Shown here one piece after another: positions 52,601-64,000 of a DNA stretch of 64,000 nucleotides. Each line of letters begins with the position of its first letter. Positions within the stretch are counted from its first letter, which is position 1. Both the position numbers and the translations under genes were made by a program. This DNA is from Ramazzottius varieornatus. Its lineage: Eukaryota; Animalia; Tardigrada. The stretch lies in assembly GCA_001949185.1 (NCBI GenBank), contig BDGG01000002.1:6624448-6688447 (forward strand), written 5' to 3'. The notes under the pieces were generated by a model, which worked only from the letters and a program-made list of their open reading frames with translations, searched no databases and had not been told where the DNA came from.

Positions 52601-53217
52601 GCCGCCAAAAGCCGTGGAACTGTTGCTGCTGGTGTGGAAGCGAAGGGAGGGCGAGCCACTGTTCAGCTGCTGCTGCAGGCTAGAGCCATATGTCAAGGAG
52701 GAGGAAGTTGTCCCGTCATTGCTCGACAAGCTACCGGTGGAGGAAGTGATACCGTTCCCTCTCCGCTCCGAGCCATCTCGATCCTTTTGTTGAGCTGGCA
52801 AAGAACAAACAATAAACAAACACTGCCAATAGAAGAAACTGCCACTCAGCCGGCAAGCCGTAAAACATCTCAGCCGTAAAAAACTTCTAAAAAATTACGC
52901 ACAGTATTCTTTCTGGCTATACAATAAAGTCTTGCATGATCACTCGGTTTTACAGGATCGGGGACTCGTTCGTTTCGGACCTCTGTTTCGGGTCACAAGT
53001 GGGACGTTGGCAAATGACAGTGAACCCGATCGGTGTTCTAAGTGGCGCACACTTCTAGGCAACAACAGTGCGAAGGTGCGCCACTCGAAGTAACGATCGG
53101 GCTCAGTTCGTTTGCCTGCGTCCCAGTTACTGCAGAAGTTGAGGGCAAACAGCAGAGACGGATTTGCGTACCTTGTTCTCTCTGAAGTTGCAGTTTTAGA
53201 TTGGTTCTGGACGACAT
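49632..53217 (-). CDS. MITF: MiT/TFE family bHLH-ZIP transcription factor (MITF/TFEB orthologue); may have further 5' exons
   Basis: SRTNLKLQLQREQ, acidic MDELIEDIMEME, VSSSCPAN, KDRQKKDNHNI|IERKRRDNIN, KGSTLKAAVDYL, zipper ..KIQ|ELERLADAHG. Confidence 0.9.
50085..50285. repeat. Two tandem family A cores (MITF last intron)
   Basis: CAAGCGGCGCA-27-TGCGTCAC and GAGGCGCA-27-TGCGCCTC, about 84 bp apart. Confidence 0.78.
52218..52341. repeat. Family A copy (MITF intron)
   Basis: GAAGCTCGG...GAGTGGCGCA-27-TGCGCGACTT...GGTGAGCTTC. Confidence 0.85.
53008..53124. repeat. Family A copy with co-varied arms (MITF intron)
   Basis: CCCGATCG...AAGTGGCGCA-27-TGCGCCACTC...CGATCGGG. Confidence 0.85.
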
Positions 53218-56200
53218 GTTACTATGTGGTTCCGGTCTGGGTTCACATCGATGTGACAATTGGGACGTGGACGAGACAATCCTGTCCGCCGTTTTTCGTA
53301 GCTTTAGTCCGATAGTATCGAGTCAATTGATACACGAAGGATGACCTGGAAAAGTCAAAGAAGAAAAATGAGCTCCACGCATCGTCTTCGCGAAGCCAAA
53401 GTAACCTACAGCTGTTGAGAAGCCATCTACAGTATGGTACGGTACGGAACAAGGAGCAAATGTAGGAGAACAGAGGCAATAGTCCAAATTACCAAAAAAC
53501 TACGCCGCGGTTCGAGTCGGAGTTAACGACCGCCGTTCGTCGAGAGAACAGTGGCCCGATCTGACTTAATGGTGTTCTTCTTTCAGCTTGGCATCACCAG
53601 TACATACTGAAATAAACTTGTACGCGAGGTATCCGTCGAGGTTTCAACATCAAGCTATACAAAGACAAAACAGCTGCTTACGAGTTCGCCGTCGAAGTCG
53701 AACGCGAGCAAAAGTAGGGTGTCTAAACATCGTGAAAGCGGTTGTTCTAAGCCCAGCGGACACAGCCAATGTCACAGCGTATTATACTCAAATGTTAATA
53801 CTGGCAACCTATAAGTTAGAAGATCAGCGGGAAATGCTTGATGTATAAATAGCCTTTCTGAGCCTAGAAGATATTTTGTCGGTGTGTAGATAGATGGATG
53901 ATATATTCGGTAATCGGAGTTCACAGTTTGCTTCTCTGGCATCGCATTGTCATCTGATGTCCAGTAGTGTCATATGATACTGTTAGGAGTGCCAAGCACT
54001 AATTACTCTAACACAAAACCTGGTCGAACTCTTCGCTATCTTTTCCTACCGCTTATCCCAACGCCCTCGTTTAAAACAAATTAGTCCAGCCTGAAACTAT
54101 ATAGACTTTGTTAACGTAATGTAGATCTTGGTACGTTAATGGTTTGAACCCACGTAAGGCTCGAGGATATGCTAGGGATCGATGCACAGCGGCAGAGTGG
54201 GTGCGCCACCATCGAGGAGACTTATACGCAGGTCTCTCCATCTTTTCGCTGATGTGTGCAAAATTACATCCGCCTCCTGGGTGAACGTCTCGGAAGCCGT
54301 CCGACCTTCGTGGTAGTGACCACTGATCTGAAAAGTTCCCCGACGCCGGTTGATCAATATTGAATATTTTGATTATCGAAGATCAAAATTTTGTTGACGA
54401 CTTTCAGACAGTCCAGGGTTGTAAGCACAGAAAGTGGTCCAACGGATCGTCACTGAATGTTTCGTCTACTATCGACCACCACGGATAGATCGAGCAAAAA
54501 GGTCTTCAGCGAATTACACGCTAAGATTTTCCAATAGCTAATCGATATTTCAAGCGCAAAATTCTGCTTTGTAATTCGTTTTTTTGTGACTTTGTCCGTC
54601 TCGATGATGCTATCATTTCCCAAACCGCGGAACTTTCTTGCTAAAATGCCCAAAGCCAATCGCACTTTAGCCGCAAAAATATTTTCCATGTGGATTTTCA
54701 GGTCAACAGAGAGCCAAGTTTGTTTCTTGCGTTCGAAAGAAGGCGCCATGAAAGTCAGCACGTTGTCTTATCACTTCCCTGTATCATCGAAACGTTCTTA
54801 TCGAACTCAAACATTACTCCGTGTTCCTCAGTAAAAGCAGACAAAAGCTTGACAGTGAGGAAGCCTCGATAAGTGACTGAACTCCATAATTTTTCTACCC
54901 AAATTTGATCCACATAGTTGACAGTCAATTTCGGACCCGCAACAACTGCACGTACGGAAGCTCTCTATACAGTTGCAGGCTTTCTGGCTAGTACCGCATA
55001 CATAATGATCGACCTCGATCATCGTATCATGTACTGTGCCGATACGGAGCACTCTGCGGGTTCTTCGTCAGCGGCGAAAGGCGCTTCTGCTTTCACCACA
55101 TCACAGCGACCAAAATAGACTATCAAACGCCGAACGCGCGCTGTATATCAGTGCCTTCCGGGCTCCTATCTATACTCGACAGAGAAGAAAAAAAACCAAA
55201 ATATACGGGTATACCGGGCTCAGCGTGCATGCTCAGCTGTGCAGTTGCTGTGGCGCCTGTAGTGCTGCATGCGGAAAGTGCAAGTTTGCTCATGTAAGCA
55301 ATCTTGAACCTGAATTATTTCCCAGCTACGATCGATACTGCCAGTCAAGCAAAGCATAAATTTATCCTGACGCTTCTTGTGGTGCGCCTACCCGAACAGC
55401 GGGGACCTATGGTTCGCCTACTAGATGGACACCGAGTAGGACCGACGCCCACATTAGTAACGTGCCAAGAAATTCCGGTTTCTCTCTTTAAACGACCTTG
55501 CCCTTCTGAGAATCGTGTACCATAGTCCATAGCTTCCTTCAGCTTCTACTGTAAGAGATTACCAGGTGCAATTACACACGTCGTTCACTTACGCTAGGTC
55601 CGAGGTGTAGTTCCGATGATGACGATGGCTCGAACCGCAACACTGCTCTAGATGGATCCGCCGTAAAGTATTTTTGGTATTCTCACGGTGACGTAACCTC
55701 TCCCTGTAAAAAAGTTGGTAAACTCTTAATTGGACAACAACTCCATATTCAACTGTAAGCGATACTGCGAAATGACAACACTTTTAAAACTCTTTAACGT
55801 ACTGTGTACGGGAATCCGGGCGGTTCAAAATGAACACTGGAGAAATCTTGAGCACATGTAAATACATGTGATTTTTGCACGTACCTGGCTCCGATACCGA
55901 TTCCAAACAAAATCCTTGTTTACGAAGTTCCGGAAGGACACCCCGATATCCTCTTCAAAGACTGAAGACCGTTCGGGAGAGCTTTTCGAGAGAATCCGTC
56001 TCTATTTCCGGTCGATGCTTTGAGAGACGCAGCGACGCAGTCTTGCGCTAGAAATACACGTGAATAAAATTAGTCAATGCAAAGCAGGAAAGTTCTATTC
56101 CGAGGAAACAAACAGTGAAGGTTGCTGCTATATAGAACGTGTCATGTTGCTGATGAAGGATATTCGTTGTTGGTGCATGGTGGAAAAGACTGAAGAGAAC

Positions 56201-57130
56201 ATCGTTGCCCATAAGGACGATATCTGCGTGCGCCAGTTGACGTTTCTACTTCCGAGAATTTTGCGATTACGGTGTACGTGCGTACGTTGTGGAGTGCACA
56301 TACGCTGACGTCATTCACTATCATTGGCTGGAGCCGAGGGCGTGCAAGCTTGGTTTTGGCGCACCGCAGAGCCAAAGAGGCGTGGCGTACCATCTGTGCT
56401 TCTCGACAAAGGCAAACAGTGGAGTGCTCGCGAGTTTTGATTCAGGACCTGGCACTTCATTTTGCTGCTTCAGTTGTCGACAACGGTTGTCGAACCCACT
56501 GCGGGAGGTGTTACTCTGACTATACTACAACAAAGAACGCTTGTCAGTGCAACCCCATGATTTGTAACGATATCATTCCCTTAGATTATAAGTTATAACA
56601 ACATTAGCGGCACCAAAAAACGACAACTGGGAGTTCAACAGAAAACTTTGGGAGCCAACAACGAAGTTCCAGCAAAATGAGCAGAGGATAATTTTTCTGT
56701 GCTGATGTCGTGCAGGTGGCTAGGCAGAATCCCATCCTGTGCAGTTTCGGTATTCAGCTACCTGTGAGGGAACATCAAAGAGTGGGGTTTAGATGCGCAC
56801 AATTCACAATCTGATGATTATGATGTAGGAGAGAAGGATCGGCTCAACGTACGCCCGCATCGAATCCCGTTATTTAATGAGATGGCCTACAGCATTTGCT
56901 ACATTATTCTGTATACGTACGACTACCTGGAACATCGATCGATTTCTTAGACGCGACCGAAACGAGATGAAATTGAACATCGTCTTTCCTCCCGTGCTTG
57001 AGGTAGTGCGGTTGAAATCTGCGGACAGAAATAACGCGAGTGATCATACACAATTGAGCCAATGATTACATCACCTTCCTCCGAGGGAACGGGATACTGT
57101 CGATGACGTTCAAACCTGCCTAAGTCTGGA

Positions 57131-58474
57131 TCAATACCGTACTGCGAGACATTCGGCATGATTGCAATGTGTCGCAGTGTCAGGATTCAGAAATGCCGTC
57201 AGACCCAGGAGCCGCTCAAAGCCTGGATAGCCTATATCGCATATGCTTTACAGGCATTGCTCTTCCTGAATAGGTCTTGACACCTTGTTATGCAACCTTT
57301 ACTGCCGCCTGCGCATTAGGAGGCAATGAAAACAGTGGGAAAACAGACCTTCCGTTTCCGCTGTAATCTCCTCAGCTTCCAAACGCCAGGGAACGTATTT
57401 TCGCACGGGATTAGAAGCAAATATGTTTAGACGGTAGAAGAATGTGATATGGAAGACGTGCTTTCTCCTGCCTGCTTGCAGCCGCAAGCATTGCTCCCAC
57501 CGGTACACTGTTGTCCCTCGAATGAGCACAGGATGTTGTCCCAGGAACACAGGATTAGAGGACTCGAATTTGCACACTGCCAATGCCGGTGATTTATTTG
57601 CGCCGCGTAGTAAGAAGTACGCAAGGGGATTGCAGGCGGCAAGCGGTTCGGTCACGCATCGGTTATCTGTTGCAAATAACAATGTGAAAAAGTAACGTGA
57701 ACGTTTCGGTGAACCGGAAGTGTAGACTTGAATATTGGGAGCTGAGCAAACAAATGTACAATGTCGGATACGCATCCCTTTTGGTGGCCACGTGGAATCG
57801 GCAGCCATTGATTACAGCGATAGAACCATCTGACTTCCAGAAGGAAGGCATTTCCGACATTGTAGAAGACCGGTATACCCCAAGTGGCGCAATTTTTTGA
57901 TTGGTACTGGCTGGAAGGTGCGCCACTTGAAGTAACGATCTTGTACATCTTCTTTGCCCAGCACCACGTTTTATTTTTCGAGAACGCGTTGAAATCTCTG
58001 CACTGTACCTTCAACCCGGAAATTCTGGCCCGTCTTTAGGTTATAGAGAAAGAGTTCTTGATGGTTCAAAAAGTCCATGGCGACCACGCCCAGCCGCCGG
58101 GATCCATCAGCAAAAGTGGCGGTTTTGAATGTCAGATTCGAGCTTTCATCCAGTCCTTCCAGCTCCACTTCATAGTCCAGGCCCAAGTCGGGAAGGCTGG
58201 TGACATTGTTTCTGTTCCCAGTAGCACACTGTGGAGACTGCCAGAAGATCGCAGGATTCTGCCGTGAGGTAGATGGCGAAAGTGGCTTCCATATCCATGC
58301 AGAGGCGATCAAAGGTGCAGGTGTCGAAGACCATGGCGTACGGACTGACAATACCGCCGGTAACCTAGCTGGGGTAACAGCTCCTGAGCATCCTTTACCA
58401 CTAAGATCTACCAAGAACAACAGGAAAAACAAACTGATCAAGCCCGTAACGCGGATATAATAAACGGACCTCAT
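57131..58474 (-). CDS. Uncharacterised secreted or signal-anchored beta-rich protein (possible ependymin-related/LolA-like fold)
   Basis: Hydrophobic N-terminus; exons 58474-58009 and 57666-57349 join in phase; IRGTTVYRWEQC, ITFFY and VPWRLE resemble invertebrate ependymin/LolA-like repeats (recalled pattern, not searched); the last exon is ambiguous. Confidence 0.5.
57860..57947. repeat. Family A copy (intron of the secreted-protein gene)
   Basis: CCAAGTGGCGCA-27-TGCGCCACTTGAAGTAACGATCTTGTACA. Confidence 0.85.
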
Positions 58475-59139
58475 AATCACAGATGTCTTATCAGATTCGA
58501 TGGTCGAAGTGTCACGAAAACAATAAGCTCTTGTCGTGCAATCAGTTGATCTTTTTCGTGGCATCCAACAAGGCAACAACGTTGAGTGTAACCTCTATCC
58601 GTGAAAACTTCGTCGCGGCCTGAAAAGATGTAAACGTTGATGCGATGATCATCTAGACAATGGTCAGCGAGTTTACTATTAAGTATACACGTTGTAATTT
58701 ATACGGTTGGCGAAGCGGAGAACAAGTAGGTTGGCCGTACTACCTTATGCTCGGCCTTTGTTTGTTCCGTCTACCCATTCCCAAAGCGCCTGGAGGAAGA
58801 ACTGCGCAAGCGTAGTAGGCTTCATTTCCACTACGAAATACGTTTTCGGCAACACCCGGACAGCGTGCACTGAAAGACTCGAGACCTGAGATTCAGTATA
58901 GGTTTTTATTACTGTTCGAAATTTATGGCGAGGAAGACGAATCAACACTAGCTAACAGTTCGAAAGCGCCATGGCAGATGCTACTGAAAATAAACAAGAA
59001 CCTGACATAGCCTTCCAGCACATAACAAACGTCTACGGTATGACAGAAGATATACAGCGAACAAAGCCCTGTCAACATCAAGAAATGAAAAAGAGGAACA
59101 CAACCATAGTGAGCATCCGAAGAACAAGGCTTCGGTAAG

Positions 59140-62100
59140 TTATATCTGGCGAAAATCCATCAAAGGAGCGCCTTCAGCTTTTGAAAGACCTTCCTTTCGG
59201 TAGACCTCGATATCATCGTCTTCGCCGGCTTCGGGAGCCACAAAGCTCATGGTGGGCGTCACCATTTTTGGCCTTCTGGGTCTCTCTAGAATGACCAGTT
59301 CTGGTATGAACGCCGCGACGAACAAGGCAAGGCACACTAGAAGAGCCCCAAAAGCAAACGCCGGTCCGGGCAGAAACGACTAGGAAGAAACAACGAATAA
59401 ATCTGATGTTTGTCGTCAGGAAAATGTACAAAATTCTATTTGGGAGATCAGCAAACAAAACAGGCAAGATCGTTTCTGATCGCCAAGTGGCGCATTTCCT
59501 TATCACAGTGTTAGCAGCTGAAAGCGTGCACCATCAAAATCAACTAGAGAAGGTCGTTCTCAAGTGGCGCACGTTTTCGGTGTCATCAGCTGTCAGCCTG
59601 CGCCACTTGGGAAAAAAACGATCTTGTAAAGTTTGTTCTCCTGGTTTGTCTCAGTCAGTTTGCCACTTACCGATCTTAGGTTGTGGACAGGAACTGCTGT
59701 AGTCGGCAGACTGCTTTCCGTCGTGAGGTTATGGTACAGCATAGTGATGGGATGAGCAGCCACTGGTTTCACTTTTTCCTTGTGCTCATTGAGGTTCACA
59801 TGGAAGAGCGAGAAGATCAGTCCATAGACTGCCGGACCGAGCCCATTACATAACCCGCGAATGCCGGTAATGATACCCTGAACAAGACCTGAAATAGAGC
59901 CACGAAGGAATGATCATCGCTTTCGTGAACTGATAGCTGGGTCGTGACCGCAGAAGGCTGAGAAACGCTGCCCAACACCCAAATATTCTATTCGTAGCTA
60001 AAATAACAAGGTCAAACTAACCTTGCTTATCGGCTTCCGTGTAGTTGGATACGTAGGCACTTGTCGCCGGATAGGCTATGCTGCATACTGCGGCTAGCGA
60101 TCCAGCAGCCCACATCATCCTTAAAGCCGAGAGCAAAACTCAGGTTTTACAGTGGAAAACACGATAAAAGTTTCCAGACTTCCAACAACTTCCAAGGGTC
60201 TTACCATGTTTGCTGAGCGAAGCCATACCAAGCCAGCTGGAAGGCTTCGAAGACCAGCCCGACGATTATGGTGTTCTTGCTGCCAATGCTCTTCATCAGA
60301 ATAGTCAAGACCGTCGTCTATAATTAAAACAGTCGTTCTTCCAACTAGAACTATGAAACAGAAAAAGAAAGGAAGGAAAGTGGGCTATACCTGAGCAATG
60401 ACGGATAGAATTCCGACGAACGCGATGTATCCTGCTATCGTTTCCGGTGAGAATCCGACAACCTAAAAATCAAGTACCCAGGTTTCTCAGCTTGCACGAC
60501 AAAGTACGTATATACAGTGTACGACAAAATTAACCGTTAAAATGGGCGTAACACTCCAGCTGAGCTTACTTACGACTCAGCCAATGAGGATTAGGTTTTG
60601 CTGCATGCGCAAATTTCATTGGCTTTAACCATCTGGCTCCATACACCCATTTTTAACGGTTTATTTTGTCGTACGCTGTACATATCAGACAGGAAGGAGT
60701 ATCTACCTACCAAACGAAGGTAAACGAAGATGCAAGAAACCTGGCCGGCTTCCGCGAGGTACGACAAGAAGGTAGTAAGGCATACGATGAGGATGACGCG
60801 ATCGTTTCCGATCTTCCTTAGGTTCTGCCAAAAGATTGAAATGAAAATGAGGCACGTATTCGGTTGAAAAAACTTGCAAGGGTAAACATACCGAGCATGG
60901 ATCTGCGACATCCCATGAAAAGTTCGAGGCATTGGCAAAACGAGCTTTCTCCGGCAAAGACTCCGGCACGAAAGACAGGATGAATAACACATCAAGTATT
61001 GCGACGGCAGTGGCCAGTGCAACCACCACTTCATCCCCATACATATCCCCCAGGATAGCTCCCAATGCGGGACTTGTCACAAGACTGGCGGCAAAAGTGG
61101 CAGATACCTAAATGATTACACTTCTGTGGGATCACACGGTCCAACTCAATACTGGAAAGTTCGGAAGGCCAACTCGAGAAGATCACTCTTTCAACTGGCG
61201 CACGCCTTCAGCGATTAATACTGAGACGTGCGCGACTTGAGAAAACAATCTTGTCAAGTTTACTGTACTGTACACGCGCCTGGCCTAAATGTGGGGATGG
61301 ACAAAAATGTGGGGAACGGAGCGAAAGCGACACGGGCCAGCTGTGGTTGACCAATCAACTAAATCAATCGAAGCACAGTCGCTTTCGCTCCGTTCCCCAC
61401 ATTCTTGTCCATCCCCACATTTAGGCCAGGCGCGTGTACTGTTATTCCTTACCAGTCCATAGGCCGAACTTCTCTCCTGCTCGTCCGTTATATCGGCAAC
61501 ATAGGCAAAAACTACCGAAAACGTCACAGCGAAGACTCCACTCATGGAGATCATCCCAAAGTACCACCTAAAGAACAGAAGAAAGTTAGTCAACCGCGGC
61601 GGCGATGAAAGACCACCATTGTATCAGAATCACTGTGCATTCGAAGGTAAATATTACGTCATCGAGAAGGCACAATCTACATTCGGTTTAAATGAGCAAT
61701 TTCACGACGACGTTGATACTTACCCGGGGCTAACTATCATGAACGGTATCGGAAGGCACGTGAAGAACACCGTTACGAGAAGAAATGTCTTTCGACCCCA
61801 AGAGTCCGACAGCGTTCCAATTAGAGGCGCACTCAAGAACGAAAGAATACCCTGCATCCACAAAATACAACATTAATAAACAGTATACAGCTTCGTGACA
61901 CAGACATACATGTACAAACCTTGATGCCCATGATAATGCCGTTCATCAGGAAGGTGTCTTCGGGAAAGGTTTTATTCAGTACCTGCACGGAAGCAGACCA
62001 GGGTTGGATATGAAGGAGGTTACTTAGAATATAATTAGGTGCAACTCGCAGAATCACTCACGCTGATCATGGGGGATGTAAGTAGACCCCAAGCAAAGAA

Positions 62101-62429
62101 TTCCAGGAATATGACAACCAAGGCATGGTAGACGCTTGGTTCCCCGAAGATGAAGGACGATCCCTGCAGACACAGAGAAGGTATATCAAGGGGTGATCTC
62201 ATAGTCTAGCGCCATGTTCACAAGCATTCATTCGTTCATAAACCTTTCTGCTATCCTTCAGGATGTTTCTATGGTTCTTCAACAACCTCGCCAGCAGCTT
62301 CTTGGCCTTCTTCATCAGAGGGTTCTGCCGGGTAGAACGGTAGGAGGAGACGCTGTCCCGCTTCTTGGAACGATCCGGGACGTCGTCAGCGATGACCGTG
62401 ATCTGTTCATCGGGCTCGGAAGCAAACAT
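59140..62429 (-). CDS. MFSD14: MFS transporter HIAT1/MFSD14
   Basis: GEPSVYHALVVIFLEFFAWGLLT, FLMNGIIMGIK|GILSFLSAPLIGTLSDSWGRK, FSVVFAYVADITDEQERSSAYGL, GIITGIRGLCNGLGPA. Confidence 0.95.
59441..59640. repeat. Two tandem family A cores (MFSD14 last intron)
   Basis: CCAAGTGGCGCA-32-TGCACCAT and CAAGTGGCGCA-27-TGCGCCACTTGGG. Confidence 0.85.
61162..61262. repeat. Family A copy abutting the Tc1-type MITE (MFSD14 intron)
   Basis: CAACTGGCGCA-26-TGCGCGACTTGAGAAAACAATCTTGTCAAG. Confidence 0.82.
61273..61436. mobile_element. Tc1/mariner-type MITE, 164 bp, with 59-bp TIRs and a TA target-site duplication
   Basis: TA|CACGCGCCTGGCCTAAATGTGGGG...CCCCACATTTAGGCCAGGCGCGTG|TA; TIRs at 61273-61331 and 61378-61436 differ at one base. 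Confidence 0.88.
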
Positions 62430-62713
62430 AATCTCCTAGACGAAGCGCCAACTACGCGCGTCCACTCCCGTAGCTTGGCATAAACTTCCCGTTGATGGAT
62501 CTCGAATGCGGAAAATTGTCATGGAGTATCACCTGTATGCCGTCAGCGCGGGAACACTGGTTTGGTTCGATCGACACTCGACAGAGACTGGGGTAGAGAA
62601 TGAAAAAAAGAATTTATAAAACGAAAATCGCAACGGAAGTGACTTACACATTTCGATCAGGACAATCACAAATCAACTGGCTAACACAAAACTTTGTTGA
62701 TTGACTGATCTTA

Positions 62714-64000
62714 GGGTCCATATTAGTGATATTACCACTTACGAGTGTCGGTTGACAACCCTGATATTAGACTCTGGTCGGTAGCGTATGACGGTGACGA
62801 TGACGATGCCATGACGATGATTATCGTCACCGTAGAAAGACGGTCTGATCTTCAGTGTGGCCGGTGACGACACGGTGTCGTATTGACAATAATTTTCCGC
62901 TTCGCTTCCGTACAAATTCGCTTTCCTGCCATTTCCATTTTCCACTTTCCGGACAAATTTCAAGATGGAGTTACATATCCTGTACGCTCTCTACTATAAC
63001 AAGCACATATCCCGAAAGCAGTTCATCATCCTTCGAAGGCGTATGCGCAGTAGAAAGGCGGCTGTTCTGGAAGAAGATGCGAGGAGGGAGCAATCCTTCG
63101 ATCTGGATGACTACTCCGACAAGGAATGCCGTGCCTACTTTCGTTTCAAACGGGAAGCTCTGTTCCAGCTACTGGAAGCCTTTGGGATACCAGACGTCGT
63201 CCGAACACCGAGTCGAGACTCTGCCACCGGACTGGAAGCCCTTTGCATCGTTTTGCGAAGACTGGCGTATCCAAACAGGTGGTTGGAGATGAGGAAAATG
63301 TTCGGACGTTCTCATAGCTCCTTAAACCGACTGTTCCACGCGACACTACGGGTTATTGACCGGTCTTCGAAGGTCTTGAAGACATGGGATCACAGCTGGC
63401 TTAAGGAAGACGACTTCGAAATTTACGCCGATTCCATTGCCGCGAAAGGCGGCCCAGGTGTTATCCGGGATGTATTCGCTTTCATAGATGGAACTGCTCG
63501 TCCCATCTGCCGCCCAATCTTCTACCAACGACAAATGTTCAGTGGTCATGAACGTATTCATTGCACAAAATGGCAGTCCGTGGTTCTTCCCAATGGTAGG
63601 TTGCGAGGAAATTTGGATCATATTCGGTAGCAAACTACAAGCGTACACGCAATCTCAAAGCGTACACGCAATTAAAAGTCCGCATTTTCTCGCAGGTCTC
63701 ATCTTGAACTTGTATGGTGGCCAAAGAGGTTCGATGCACGACAGTCGTCTGTTAAATGAAAGCAAAATCCTGGAAGAACTCCACGAAAAGCAAGCTGGTT
63801 TCGTGAGAAAATACGTGCTTTATGGAGACAGCGGATACGCAAAGAAGAATGGAATACTCCATAAGCCTCGCTCTAGGATCGAAATCCGTCATTCAAAAGC
63901 AAAGAAGGATCAGAACACCCTCATGTCCAAGCTTCGCCAGTCCGTAGAATGGTGCTCTAAAGAAGTCGTCACGAAGTTTGCGTTTGTTGATTTCCGAAAA
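62714..64000 (+). mobile_element. PIF/Harbinger DNA transposon, left part
   Basis: Putative left end TTA|GGGTCC at 62711-62719 (TWA target site plus GGG terminus typical of the superfamily), followed by a transposase gene; the right end lies outside the window. Confidence 0.7.
62965..64000 (+). CDS. Harbinger/HARBI1-type DDE transposase (DDE_Tnp_4), with an intron at 63596-63695; 3' end truncated by the window
   Basis: FRFKRE, EALCIVLRRLAYP (HTH), FAFIDGT, PNG|LILNLYG..GSMHDS, LYGDSGY, MSKLRQSVEW; open reading frame after splicing. Confidence 0.9.

Noticed and set aside
53300-57100. Numerous 60-110 aa ORFs upstream of MITF
   Set aside because: No coding signature; most likely MITF regulatory or first-intron sequence

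Overview
This is eukaryotic (invertebrate animal) genomic DNA from a compact genome, with about 23 protein-coding genes in 64 kb and mostly 50-110 bp GT-AG introns, so the ORF track fragments nearly every gene. I spliced the genes by hand. In order: spaetzle-like (partial), adiponectin receptor, EEF1AKMT1, SMAD4, two tandem monoglyceride lipase-like genes, RhoA, a laminin-N/laminin-EGF single-pass membrane protein, an orphan type II membrane ORF, SRD5A paralogue a, VPS4, SEC61B, SRD5A paralogue b, a GLYAT-like GNAT, ALDH1L, ataxin-10, a Cys-rich secreted orphan, a degenerate CEPT1/SELENOI-like gene, fibulin, MITF/TFEB, an uncharacterised secreted protein, MFSD14/HIAT1, and an intron-containing PIF/Harbinger transposase running off the end. 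The main unexplained signal is a dispersed fold-back element of about 120-130 bp, with about 20 full or partial copies, mostly in introns. Its inverted CAAGTGGCGCAC...GTGCGCCACTTG half-sites are separated by an almost invariant 26-27 bp spacer whose sequence has diverged heavily. A separate young Tc1-type MITE sits next to one copy. The species cannot be identified from this window.
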